Positions 19,422 through 30,626 are shown, numbered from the stretch's first letter. The stretch: DNA of 64,000 nucleotides from Candidatus Binatia bacterium (GCA_036563615.1 DATCMB010000004.1:100071-164070); one strand, 5' to 3'. The notes: generated by a model not told the origin, from the sequence alone. Made by a program: numbers and translations.

Positions 19422-19835
19422 ATGGCGGCCATGAGCCAGCTCAGCGTCGCCGACCGCCTCGAGATCCAGGAGCTCCTCTCCCGGTACTGTCACTGCATCG
19501 ACCGCGGCCGCTGGGACGCGTTTCCCGACCTCTTCACCGAGGACTGCCGGCTCGATCTGAGCCAGGTGATGGGCCTCTACGAGGGACGCTCCGGCCTCCA
19601 GGCGTTCGTCGACACCATGAAGCCGCTCGGCATCTTCATGCGACACCTGGTGACCAATGTCGTCATCGACGGCGACGGCGAGCGCGCGCACGTCGAGTCC
19701 TACGTCGTCGCCGTCACCGGCTCGGAGGCGAACCCGACCCGCACGACGGGCTTCTACGACGACGAGGTCGTCAAGCAAGACGGGCGCTGGCTGCTGCACC
19801 GCCGCACGCTGACGCTCGACGTTCCGAAGGCCTGA
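19422..19835 (+). CDS. SnoaL-like / NTF2-fold protein
   Basis: The sequence has DRLEIQELLSRYCHCIDRGRWDAFPDLFTEDC...DGRWLLHRRTL, typical of the SnoaL_4 family. Confidence 0.75.
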   Translation: MAAMSQLSVADRLEIQELLSRYCHCIDRGRWDAFPDLFTEDCRLDLSQVMGLYEGRSGLQAFVDTMKPLGIFMRHLVTNVVIDGDGERAHVESYVVAVTGSEANPTRTTGFYDDEVVKQDGRWLLHRRTLTLDVPKA

Positions 19836-19838
19836 ACC

Positions 19839-20666
19839 ATGACCGCCGCCGCCATCGTTCCCGAACAAATCCCCACCTTCGAGCTCGGCGAGCGCATGAC
19901 GCGCGAGCAGATCGAGTTCCTCGACACCTACGGCTTCATCCGCTTCCGCCGCTTCGCGCCACCGAAGCTCGTGCAGGAGCTGCGCGAGGAGGTCGAGGAG
20001 ATCGACCGCCGACTGATCGCCGAGGGTCGGACGCAGATCAACGGCATCCCGCTGATCATCGGCACGCGCGCCGACGGCACGCGCTACGTGCAGCGCATGG
20101 TGTTCGCATCGACCTTCGGCCCGCGCCTGCACGAGTTCCTGAAGGACCCGCGCTTCCAGGCGATCCTCGAGGTCGCGGGCGAAGGCTACCGCATCGCCGA
20201 GCGCGAGCGCGACGGGCTGGTCGTCAATCACTACCGGCGCGAGGAGGGCTCGGTCTACCAGAGCCTCGGCTGGCACACCGACAGCCTGCGCGACATCTTC
20301 TACTTCGAGAAGCCGCGCCGCTACCTGAACGTCGGCTTCTACCTCGACGACTCGCCGCTCACGAAGGGCGGCGTGCGCGTGCTGCCCGGCACGCACGAGC
20401 AGAGCCTGTGGTCGATGCTGACCCACAAGTGGCACTTCCTCGACCACGAGCCGGATCCGAACGAGGTCGCGATCGAGGCCGAGGCGGGCGACCTGACGAT
20501 CCACGACGGACGCCTCTGGCACCGCGTCGCGCAGGCGACCGTCACCGGCGACGCGAGCCAGCGCCGCGTCATGTACCTGCCGCTGATGAACGGCCCGGTG
20601 AAGCTCAAGAACGAGAACAGCCCGACGCCGTTCTACTTCCGCCTGCGCAAGCTCGCGGGCTACTGA
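19839..20666 (+). CDS. Phytanoyl-CoA dioxygenase (PhyH) family Fe(II)/2-oxoglutarate oxygenase
   Basis: The sequence has LGWHTDS (HxD), VRVLPGTHE and RLWHRV. The gene starts 3 nt after the SnoaL gene stop. Confidence 0.8.
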   Translation: MTAAAIVPEQIPTFELGERMTREQIEFLDTYGFIRFRRFAPPKLVQELREEVEEIDRRLIAEGRTQINGIPLIIGTRADGTRYVQRMVFASTFGPRLHEFLKDPRFQAILEVAGEGYRIAERERDGLVVNHYRREEGSVYQSLGWHTDSLRDIFYFEKPRRYLNVGFYLDDSPLTKGGVRVLPGTHEQSLWSMLTHKWHFLDHEPDPNEVAIEAEAGDLTIHDGRLWHRVAQATVTGDASQRRVMYLPLMNGPVKLKNENSPTPFYFRLRKLAGY

Positions 20667-20680
20667 CGCCGGAGGACGTC

Positions 20681-20715
20681 GAGGGCGCGGCCGACGTACG
20701 TGCGACCGCGCCCTC
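20681..20715. terminator. Hairpin with a 10-bp GC stem between the convergent PhyH and MCO-like genes
   Basis: The element is GAGGGCGCGG-(15 nt loop)-CCGCGCCCTC. There is no clear U-tract. Confidence 0.4.
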
Positions 20716-20723
20716 CCCTGCGT

Positions 20724-22232
20724 TCAGCCCTCGACCGTGAGCAGCCGCGCGAGCCCGGACTGCGCGCGGTAGACGTTGCACGAGGTCAGCAGCCAGCGCC
20801 CGGGCCGGTCGGCGAGGAATTCGATCTTGACGGACTTGCCGGGCGCGACCGCGACCGTGTCCTTCCACGGCGCGCGCGCGCCCTGCCCCGCGAGGAGCCG
20901 GAAGCGGTAGCCGTGCAGGTGCAGCGGCTGCCAGAGCGTCGTCTCGTTGACGAGCTCGAGCTCGACGCGCTCGCCCGCGGACAGCGCGAGCGGCTCGCTC
21001 TTCGGCTCGCCGCTCACGAACTCGCCGGGGTACGTGAAGCCGTCGACGTTCCAGAGGTAGCGCGCGACGTCGCCGCCGATCCGCATGCGGATGCGCTTCG
21101 CCTTGGACGCGCCGGAGAACGCGGTGTCCTGCGGCGCGCGCAGCATCGCGTAGGTCAGGTGGCGCTCGCCCCAGCGCGGCGGCCGCGTGCTGACCACGGG
21201 ACGCACGCCCGGCGTGTGCAGCACGCCGATCGCGCCGCCCGGCGCGCCCAGCGCCGCGGCGCGCAGCGAGTAGCTGCCCGCGGCGCCCATGGTGAGGATC
21301 ACGTCGTAGCGCTCGCCCGTGCCGAGCACGAGGTCGTCGACCTCGACCGGCTCGACGGCGCGCCCGTCGGCGGCGACCACCTGCAGAGCATGACCTTCCA
21401 CCATGAAGCGGAAGAAGGTCGCCGACGAGGCGTTGATCAGACGGAGCCGCACGCGCTCGCCCGGCGACACCTGGTGCGTCCACGCGTCGCGATGGCTGCG
21501 CCCGTTCACGAGGTAGGCGCTGTAGCGCACGTCGATCGGAAACGGCGCGTCGCCCGGCAAGAGGTTGATCAGCCGCTGCGCCTGCGCCTCGCCCGGCACG
21601 GGGGTCGGCGGGTTGCGCAGCTCGCCGACGATGCGCGCCGGATCGGAGTTGGTCCAGTCCGTGAGCAGCAGCACCAGGTCGTGCTTCACCTCGTGCGGCT
21701 CGTCGCGCGCCTCGACCACCAGCGCGCCGACGAGACCGAGCTGGCGCTGCAGCTTCCAGGTCGACTCGTAGAAGTACGTCCCCGGCTCGACGAGCGGCAG
21801 CTCGTAGACGTAGCTCTGTCGCGGCTCGATCGGCGGCTGCGTGAGACCCGGAACGCCGTCCATCGCGTTCGGCGCGAGCACGCCGTGGAAGTGCACGGCG
21901 GTCGGCTGGTCGAGCTCGTTCTCCACCGTGACGCGCAGCAGCTCGCCCTGACGCGCGCGCAGCTCGTAGCTGGGGAACGTCTGGTTCGCGACGATGCCCT
22001 TCACCCGCTGGCCGGCGGGCGACACCTCGCGGCGCGCGACGAGCAGCATCTCCTCGCCCGGACGCAGCGTCGGGTTCGGGCTCGGCTCCTGTGCCCAGGC
22101 GTGCTGCGGTCGGAAGACGCCGAAGCGGGACCCGAGCGCGGCACCGGCGCAGGCGGCGCCGAGCGCGAGGAAGCGCCGGCGCGACGCGTGCGCGCGGCCC
22201 GTCACGGGCCCGCGCCGCTCAGGCGCCCGCAT
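20724..22232 (-). CDS. Multicopper-oxidase-like three-cupredoxin protein with a Tat signal and depleted copper ligands
   Basis: The Tat signal is SRRRFLALGAACAGAALG. The motifs TAVHFHGV and QPLHLHGY are retained, but the WYHSH and HCHxxxH positions read YFYESTW and TSCNVYRAQSGL. The start could be ATG 22232 or GTG 22205. Confidence 0.8.
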   Translation of the reverse strand: MRAPERRGPVTGRAHASRRRFLALGAACAGAALGSRFGVFRPQHAWAQEPSPNPTLRPGEEMLLVARREVSPAGQRVKGIVANQTFPSYELRARQGELLRVTVENELDQPTAVHFHGVLAPNAMDGVPGLTQPPIEPRQSYVYELPLVEPGTYFYESTWKLQRQLGLVGALVVEARDEPHEVKHDLVLLLTDWTNSDPARIVGELRNPPTPVPGEAQAQRLINLLPGDAPFPIDVRYSAYLVNGRSHRDAWTHQVSPGERVRLRLINASSATFFRFMVEGHALQVVAADGRAVEPVEVDDLVLGTGERYDVILTMGAAGSYSLRAAALGAPGGAIGVLHTPGVRPVVSTRPPRWGERHLTYAMLRAPQDTAFSGASKAKRIRMRIGGDVARYLWNVDGFTYPGEFVSGEPKSEPLALSAGERVELELVNETTLWQPLHLHGYRFRLLAGQGARAPWKDTVAVAPGKSVKIEFLADRPGRWLLTSCNVYRAQSGLARLLTVEG

Positions 22233-23025
22233 TTCCGACGCGCTGGCGCGCCTCGCGCACCATCTCGACCAGAACCGCGCGTGCATCGCCCGTGCTCCGC
22301 ACCTCGCGCGGGAAGTTGATCCGGATTCCGCGCAGCCGCTCCCCTTCGCGCACGCGGACGTGGAAGCCCAGGCGGTCGACGCTCGTCATCGTCGCCTCGG
22401 ACGCCTCGACGCCCGCGAACACGCGCGCGTAGAGCTGCAGCGCATCAGCGTGGTCCTCGTTCATGTGGTTCAGGATGCCTGGTGCGACGTCGGCCAGCGG
22501 ATCGGGCTCGGCGGCGCCGTACGCCTCGGCGTCGATCCAGCCCATCGCGCCGAAGCCCGCGACGAAGTACACGTCGCGCACCTCCATCCGATAGAACGCG
22601 AAGTCGCCGAAGTCGACCCACGAGCGCGCGCTCTCGTGACGCGCGAGGTAGTCCTCGCGCACCGCCGCGACCTCGTCGTCGGCGACGCGCGCGACGTCGC
22701 CGAGCAGCGTCACCCGTCCGAGCGCGAGCGGATCGTCGCCGGCGCCGGGCTGCGTGACCAGCAGGCTCGCGCGCGCGTCGGCGGCCAGGTTCTGCGTGTG
22801 CACCGCCATCGCGCTGATGAGGAACGTCGGGCGTCCGCGCGCGTCGACCCCGTACGGCGCGACCGAGCCGAACGGATAGCCGGTCGCGCGTCGCGAGTGC
22901 GTCGACAGCGTGCCGGTGCGTCCGACGTGCACGAGCGTGCGCGCGCGCTCGGCGAAGGGCGGCTCGGGGATCTGCGCCTCTGGGGAAGCCGCGTCCGCGG
23001 CGTGCTGGCCAGCGTCGTTCGCCAT
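22219..23025 (-). CDS. HugZ-like / pyridoxamine-5'-phosphate-oxidase-fold protein with a DUF2470 C-domain
   Basis: AAGGAGA precedes the ATG at 23025. The sequence has ARTLVHVGRTGTLSTHSRRATGYPFGSVAPYGVD...LISAMAVHTQNL, then ILNHMNEDHADALQLYA...TMTSVDRLGF. Confidence 0.8.
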   Translation of the reverse strand: MANDAGQHAADAASPEAQIPEPPFAERARTLVHVGRTGTLSTHSRRATGYPFGSVAPYGVDARGRPTFLISAMAVHTQNLAADARASLLVTQPGAGDDPLALGRVTLLGDVARVADDEVAAVREDYLARHESARSWVDFGDFAFYRMEVRDVYFVAGFGAMGWIDAEAYGAAEPDPLADVAPGILNHMNEDHADALQLYARVFAGVEASEATMTSVDRLGFHVRVREGERLRGIRINFPREVRSTGDARAVLVEMVREARQRVGNAGA

Positions 23026-23178
23026 CCTCTCTCCTTCGCCGCGGCACGATACCGGGATCCGCGCGCGCGCACCAGGCGCGGCGTGCGGGGCGCGCGTGAC
23101 GCTGCACCAGCGGCGCGTGCGACGCATGCGCCGCGTGCCCTTGCGCGGCGCGCCGCGGTCGTCGAGGCTGCCTGCGGG

Positions 23179-25017
<1,839 letters not shown>

Positions 25018-25115
25018 GCGGCGCTCGCGCGCCCTGCTACGGGAGCGCTCGTAATGCCCGCCTGCAAAGCGTATCTAGGAGAGAATCGACGCACAGACCG
25101 GCGGAGGGGAACACG

Positions 25116-25664
25116 GTGAAGCGCGAGGACTGCACACTCTTCAGCGGCGCGGCCCAGGGAGCCGAGGCGGAGTTCGGCGCCGCCGCCGAGCGGTACGGCA
25201 TCGAGGAGGTCAACTTCACGTTCGAAGGCCACAGCGACGCGCGCACGCGCGGCATCCGCGTCCTCACGCAGCGCGAGCTCGCGCACGGCGACGTGAGCCT
25301 CGCCTACGTCAGCAAGCTGATGCACCGTCGCTACCCCGACACGCCGCTGTTCAAGAAGGTGCTGCAGAGCATCTGGCACCAGGTGAACAACGGCCAGGAG
25401 ATCTTCGTCGTCGGCAAGATCCTGCCCGACGACACCGTCAAGGGCGGCACCGGCTGGGGCGCCGAGTTCGCGAAGCTGTGCAACAAGCCGCTCTACGTCT
25501 TCGACCAGGAGCGCGACGGCTGGTTCCGCTGGGCGGGCGACCGCTGGGAGCCGATCCAGGATCCCGTCATCCAGCACCCGCACTTCACCGGCACCGGCAC
25601 GCGCTTCCTCGCCGACAACGGCCGCGCCGCGATCGAGGGGCTGTTCAAGCGCACCTTCGGCTGA
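25116..25664 (+). CDS. Conserved-looking hypothetical protein, possibly with a SLOG/DprA-like Rossmann fold
   Basis: The GTG start follows GGAGGGG. Third-position GC is high. The glycine motifs are LFSGAAQGAEAEFG and KGGTGWGAEFA. Confidence 0.6.
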   Translation: MKREDCTLFSGAAQGAEAEFGAAAERYGIEEVNFTFEGHSDARTRGIRVLTQRELAHGDVSLAYVSKLMHRRYPDTPLFKKVLQSIWHQVNNGQEIFVVGKILPDDTVKGGTGWGAEFAKLCNKPLYVFDQERDGWFRWAGDRWEPIQDPVIQHPHFTGTGTRFLADNGRAAIEGLFKRTFG

Positions 25665-25712
25665 GAAGGACGCGCGCCGCTGCGCTGCACCGCCCGCGGC
25701 GCGCTCGCGAGC

Positions 25713-28700
25713 TCACGCCGCCGCCGGCAGCCGGCGACGCTTCACCAGGTAGAAGATCACCGGGTAGACGAGCAGCTCCATCACGAAGCTCACCGCGATG
25801 CCCCCGACGAGCGGCGCGACCAGCCGCCGCGTGACGTCGGCGCCCGTCCCCGTGGCCCAGAGCAGCGGCAGGAGCCCGATCATGTCGGTCGCGACCGTCA
25901 TGGTCTTCGGGCGGATGCGCTTCACCGCCCCCTCGTGCACGGCCTCGAACAGGTCCTGCGGCGTGCGCATGCGTCCCTCGGCGACGAAGCGCTCGTAGGC
26001 GCCGTCGAGGTAGAGCAGCATCACCTGCCCCGTCTCGGCGTCGACGCCGAGCAGCGCGATGATGCCGACCCACACCGCGAGGCTCATGTTGTAGTCGAGC
26101 GCCCACAGGAACCAGAGCGCGCCGATCAGGCTGAACGGCACGGCGAGCATCACCACCGCGACGCGGAACCAGCTCCGGTTCGCGACGTAGAGCAGGAACA
26201 CGATCAGCACGATGGTGATCGGGATGACGACCGCGAGACGCCGGTTCGCCTGCTCGAGGTACTCGAACTGCCCCGACCAGACGCGCGTGTAGCCCGGCGG
26301 CAGCGGCACCTGCTCGTCGACCACGCGCCGCGCCTCGGCGACGTAGCCGCCGAGGTCGCGACCGGCGATGTCGACGAAGATCCACGCGGTGCGCTGCGCG
26401 TTCTCGCTGCGGATCATCGGCGGCCCGGGGGTGATTTTGATTGACGCGAGCTGACCGAGCGGGACCTGCAGGCCGTCCTTCGTCGCGACCAGCACCTCGC
26501 GCAGCGCGTCCGGATCGTCGCGGAAGTCGCGCAGGTAGCGGACGTTCACCGGGTAGCGCTGCAGGCCCTCGACGGTCGTGGTGATGTTCATGCCGCCGAT
26601 CGCCGTCTGGATGACGTCCTGCACGTCGCCGGTCGTGAGCCCGTAGCGCGCGGCGGCGGTGCGGTCGATGTCGACGTCCAGGTAGTAGCCGCCGACCGTG
26701 CGCTCGGGGTACGCGCTCAGCGTGCCCGGCACCGTCTGCACCGCGGACGCGGTGTGCGCCGCGAGGTCGGCGAGCACCGCCAGATCCGGACCCATGATCT
26801 TGATCCCGACCGGCGTCTTGATGCCGGTCGCGAGCATGTTGATGCGGTTCTCGATCGGGTACGGCCAGGCGTTCGCGACGCCGGGGAAATTCACCACCTC
26901 GTTGAGCCCGGGGTGCCGCGTGCCGTCGGGATCCGTCCAGCCAAATTTCAGCTCCTCGGTCGTGATGCGCCGCGACTCCGGCCAGAAGGTCGAGGTCAGC
27001 GGCCACTTGAGCCAGTCCGGCAGGAAGCTCCACGGGTAGCTCACCTTGCGCGTGCGCCAGCGCTCGGGATCGGTGTGCAGCTGCACGACGGTCTCGATCA
27101 TCGAGAGCGGCGCCGGATCGGTCGCGGTCTCCGCGCGCCCGATCTTGCCGTGCACGGTCGCCACCTCGGGGAACGTGCGGATCAGCTTGTCGGTGCGCTG
27201 CAAGAGCGCCTTGCTCGCGCCGACGCTGATGCTCGGGTCGGTGGTCGGCATGTACAGCAGGTCGCCCTCCTCGAGCGGCGGCATGAACTCCGAGCCGAGG
27301 CGCGTCGCGGGATAGATCGCCGACAGCCCGAGGAGCAGCGTCACGACCAGCGTCGCCCACGGGTGGCGCAGCACCAGGCGGAACAGCGGATCGTAGAGGC
27401 GCATCGACAGCCGGTTGACCGGGTTGCGCTCCTCGTCCGGGATGCGGCCGCGGATCAGGTAGACCATCAGCACCGGCACCACCGTGATGCCGAGGATGGC
27501 GCCGGCCGCGATCGCGAGCGTCTTGGTGTACGCGAGCGGCTTGAAGAGCCTTCCCGACGCCTCGCCGAGCGCGAAGATCGGCAGGAACGCGACCGTGATC
27601 ACGAGCAGCGAGAAGAACAGCGTCGGCCCGACCTCGACCGCCGCGTCCACGATCACCCGCACCTGACCGCGCGGCGGCTCGCCGCGCGCGACCCGCAAGC
27701 GCTCGCGCTCGACGTGCTTGTGCGCGTTCTCGATCATCACGACCGCAGAGTCGACCATCACGCCGATCGCGAGCGCGAGCCCGCCGAGGCTCATGATGTT
27801 GGCGTTGATGCCCATCACCTGCATGACCACGATCGAGATCAGCAGCCCGACGGGCAGCACGAACACCGCGACCAGCGCGCTGCGCAGGTGCGCGAGGAAC
27901 ACGACGCAGATGATCGCGACGACGACCAGCTCCTCGATCACCGCGCGCCGCAGCGTGCCGACCGCGCGCTCGATCAGCGCCGAGCGGTCGTAGGTGATGA
28001 GCACCATCACGCCCGGCGGCAGACCCTTCTCGAGCTCGGCGAGCTTCGCCTTCGCGTCCTGGATCACCTGGAAGGCGTTCTCGCCGAAGCGCGAGACGAC
28101 GATGCCGCCGACCGCCTCGCCGATGCCGTCGAGCTCGCCGATGCCGCGCCGCGCCTCGCCGCCGATCTGCAGCACGGCGACGTCGCGCAGCAGGATCGGC
28201 GTGCCGTCCTGATCCGTCCCGACCACCACCTCGCCGAGATCCTCGAGCCCCTTCAAGTAGGCGCGGCTGCGCACCATGTACTCGTGCTCGGCCATCTCGA
28301 TCACCGAGCCGCCGACGTCGTTGTTCGAGCGCCGGATCGCCTCGACGACGTCGGCGAGCGGCAGCGAGAAGGCGAGCAGCTTCTGCGGGTCGAGGACGAC
28401 CTGGTATTGCTTGACGAAGCCACCGATCGACGCGACCTCGGCGACGCCCGGCACCGCGGTGAGCGGATAGCGCACGTACCAGTCCTGCAGGCCGCGCAGC
28501 GTCGCGAGGTCTTGGTTCGACGACGCGAGCTCGCCGCCGCCGAGCGGGCAGCGCCCGGGCTCGCGGAACGCGCGCACGTGCGCGAGGCGCTCGCGGCGCT
28601 CCTCCGGCGCGTCGTCGGGGCGCGCGTACCAGCGGTCCTGCTCGACGTCGTGCCACAGCCCGTTCGGCTGCTCCGGACAGTACCAGCCGGGGAAGAGCAC

Positions 28701-29126
28701 GTACTGCAGCACCCAGCCGACGCCGGTCGCGTCCGGTCCGAGCTTCGGCTGCACGCCTTCCGGTAGGCGGTCGCGCGCGAAGTTCAGGTACTCGAGCACG
28801 CGACTGCGCGCCCAGTAGATGTCGGTCCCGTCCTCGAACAGCACGTAGACGAACGACAGCTCGAACATGCTGTAGCCGCGGACCACGGTCGCGCCCGGCA
28901 CCGCGAGCATGGCGCTCGCGAGCGGGTACGTGACCTGGTCCTCGACCACCTCGGGGTTCTGGCCGGGGTAGTCGGTGACGATGATGACCTGCACGTCGGA
29001 GAGGTCGGGGATCGCGTCGAGGCGGATGCCGTACGCGCCCCAGACGCCGAGGCCGACCAGGACTGCGGTCAGCAGCAGGACGAGGATGCGGTTGCCCGCG
29101 GAGAGCTCGATGATCCGCGCGATCAT
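25713..29126 (-). CDS. cusA: Heavy-metal-efflux RND inner-membrane pump, CusA-like
   Basis: The sequence has MIARIIELSAGNRILVLLLT..., DAIPDLSDVQVIIVTDYPGQNPEVVEDQVTYPL, and a TM4 segment GGLALAIGVMVDSAVVMIENAHKH that resembles CusA rather than CzcA. The protein is 1137 aa. Confidence 0.95.
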   Translation of the reverse strand: MIARIIELSAGNRILVLLLTAVLVGLGVWGAYGIRLDAIPDLSDVQVIIVTDYPGQNPEVVEDQVTYPLASAMLAVPGATVVRGYSMFELSFVYVLFEDGTDIYWARSRVLEYLNFARDRLPEGVQPKLGPDATGVGWVLQYVLFPGWYCPEQPNGLWHDVEQDRWYARPDDAPEERRERLAHVRAFREPGRCPLGGGELASSNQDLATLRGLQDWYVRYPLTAVPGVAEVASIGGFVKQYQVVLDPQKLLAFSLPLADVVEAIRRSNNDVGGSVIEMAEHEYMVRSRAYLKGLEDLGEVVVGTDQDGTPILLRDVAVLQIGGEARRGIGELDGIGEAVGGIVVSRFGENAFQVIQDAKAKLAELEKGLPPGVMVLITYDRSALIERAVGTLRRAVIEELVVVAIICVVFLAHLRSALVAVFVLPVGLLISIVVMQVMGINANIMSLGGLALAIGVMVDSAVVMIENAHKHVERERLRVARGEPPRGQVRVIVDAAVEVGPTLFFSLLVITVAFLPIFALGEASGRLFKPLAYTKTLAIAAGAILGITVVPVLMVYLIRGRIPDEERNPVNRLSMRLYDPLFRLVLRHPWATLVVTLLLGLSAIYPATRLGSEFMPPLEEGDLLYMPTTDPSISVGASKALLQRTDKLIRTFPEVATVHGKIGRAETATDPAPLSMIETVVQLHTDPERWRTRKVSYPWSFLPDWLKWPLTSTFWPESRRITTEELKFGWTDPDGTRHPGLNEVVNFPGVANAWPYPIENRINMLATGIKTPVGIKIMGPDLAVLADLAAHTASAVQTVPGTLSAYPERTVGGYYLDVDIDRTAAARYGLTTGDVQDVIQTAIGGMNITTTVEGLQRYPVNVRYLRDFRDDPDALREVLVATKDGLQVPLGQLASIKITPGPPMIRSENAQRTAWIFVDIAGRDLGGYVAEARRVVDEQVPLPPGYTRVWSGQFEYLEQANRRLAVVIPITIVLIVFLLYVANRSWFRVAVVMLAVPFSLIGALWFLWALDYNMSLAVWVGIIALLGVDAETGQVMLLYLDGAYERFVAEGRMRTPQDLFEAVHEGAVKRIRPKTMTVATDMIGLLPLLWATGTGADVTRRLVAPLVGGIAVSFVMELLVYPVIFYLVKRRRLPAAA

Positions 29127-29147
29127 GGCGACGCCTCGACGGGCTGC

Positions 29148-30626
29148 TCAGTGGACGTGGCCCGGCGCGCCGAGGAAGCGCTGCAGCGCCTCGCGCACGT
29201 TGCTCTCGGCGTCGAGCAAAAACTGCCCGCTGGTGACGACGACGTCGCCGGCGGCGAGCCCGTCGAGCACCTGGACCTGCCCGTCGCGGCCGCTCGGTCC
29301 GAGCGTCACCCGGCGCGGCTCGAAGTGGCCGCCCGGGCGCGCGAGGAACACGAGCTGCTCGTCGCCGGTGTCGATCACCGCCTCGCGCGGCGCGAGCAGC
29401 GCCCACGGCGCGAGCTCGCTCTCGATCTCGACGGTCGCATACATCCCCGGGCGCATCTGCATGCCGGGGTTGCGCAGCGTCATGCGCGCGACCGTGGTGC
29501 GCGTCTTGGGGTCGACGTGCGGGTAGACGAAGTCGATCGTGCCCTCGATCGTCCGTCCTGGCCGGCTCACGAACGTCACGCGCGCGCGCTGCCCGAGGCG
29601 CAGCGCCGGCACGTCCTGCTCGAAGACGCGCACGTCGAGCCAGAGCTCGCTGTGGTCGACGATGCGCAGCGCGCGCGTCCCCGCCTCGACCGCGTCGCCC
29701 TCGACGATCGGCTTCTCGACGACGTGGCCGGAGATCGGGCTGCGGAAGGTCACCGTCCGGGGCGGCTCCGCGAGACGCGCGAGACGCTCGATCTCGGCGC
29801 GCGGCACGCCCAGCAGCTCGAGCTTCTGGGTGGCGGTCGCGACCAGCGACGCGCCGCCCTGCATCCCGCGCGCGCGTCGCGCCGCGATCAGCTCGCCGAT
29901 CGCGACGTGCAGCTCGGGGCTGTAGAGCTCGAACAGCGGATCGCCGGCGCGGACCTCCATGCCCTCGACGTCGGCGTAGAGCTTCTCGATCCAGCCCGAG
30001 ACGCGCAGGCTCACGTCGTGCTGGCGCGGCTGCGCCTCGGCGAGGACGCCGGTCGCGCGCACGGTGCGCACGAGCGGTCCCACCGTCACCTCGGCGGTGC
30101 GCACGCCCATGTTCTGCACGATCGCCGGATCGATGGTGATCGTGTCCGTCGCCTCGCCGACCACGGCGGGCGCGCCGCGCTCGATCGGCGTCAGCTCCAT
30201 GCCGCAGATCGGACAGCTGCCCGGCTGGTCGCGGATCACCTGCGGGTGCATGCCGCAGGTGTAGAGGCGCCGCGCCGCGGGCGGCGAGGCGGGCGCAGCG
30301 GAGTCCGCGGACGAGGTGCCATGCGCGTGCGGCGATGCCGCGTCGTGCGCATGTGCAGATGTCGCGTCGTGCGCGTGTGCGGGTGTCGCGTCGTGCGCGT
30401 GCGCCGCCGTGGCGTCGGGCGCGTGCGCCGACGAGCCCTCGTGTGCGTGCGGCGTCTGTGCGGCGTGCGCGCTCGGCGGCGACGCCTCGTGCGCGTGCGA
30501 CGTCGCCGCGTCGTGCACGTGCGTCTCGCCCGCGCGCGCGGCGGTTCGCGCCGCGAGCGTCCCGAGGACGAGCAGACACGTCGCCGCGGCCGCGACGGCA
30601 CCCCGCGCCCACCTCGCGGCGCTCAT
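29148..30626 (-). CDS. cusB: RND periplasmic adaptor (CusB-like) with an N-terminal His-rich repeat and a Cys-containing heavy-metal-binding motif
   Basis: A GGAGG Shine-Dalgarno site precedes the start, and an ATGA overlap joins it to the OMF gene. It has a signal/TM segment and the motif YTCGMHPQVIRDQPGSCPICGMEL. It then has lipoyl, beta-barrel and MPD regions typical of an MFP. Confidence 0.9.
   Translation of the reverse strand: MSAARWARGAVAAAATCLLVLGTLAARTAARAGETHVHDAATSHAHEASPPSAHAAQTPHAHEGSSAHAPDATAAHAHDATPAHAHDATSAHAHDAASPHAHGTSSADSAAPASPPAARRLYTCGMHPQVIRDQPGSCPICGMELTPIERGAPAVVGEATDTITIDPAIVQNMGVRTAEVTVGPLVRTVRATGVLAEAQPRQHDVSLRVSGWIEKLYADVEGMEVRAGDPLFELYSPELHVAIGELIAARRARGMQGGASLVATATQKLELLGVPRAEIERLARLAEPPRTVTFRSPISGHVVEKPIVEGDAVEAGTRALRIVDHSELWLDVRVFEQDVPALRLGQRARVTFVSRPGRTIEGTIDFVYPHVDPKTRTTVARMTLRNPGMQMRPGMYATVEIESELAPWALLAPREAVIDTGDEQLVFLARPGGHFEPRRVTLGPSGRDGQVQVLDGLAAGDVVVTSGQFLLDAESNVREALQRFLGAPGHVH
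30320..30530 (-). repeat. In-frame imperfect tandem repeats encoding (A/S/P)HAH(D/E)A(T/A/S) units
   Basis: The protein reads THVHDAATSHAHEASPPSAHAAQTPHAHEGSSAHAPDATAAHAHDATPAHAHDATSAHAHDAASPHAHG. The DNA shows repeated gtcgcgtcgtgcgcgtg-type units. Confidence 0.7.

Noticed and set aside
30320-30530. Repetitive DNA here could be mistaken for a CRISPR-like or noncoding tandem array.
   Set aside because: The repeats are short, imperfect and contiguous without spacers, and they lie in-frame inside cusB, where they encode His-rich units. This is not a CRISPR array.
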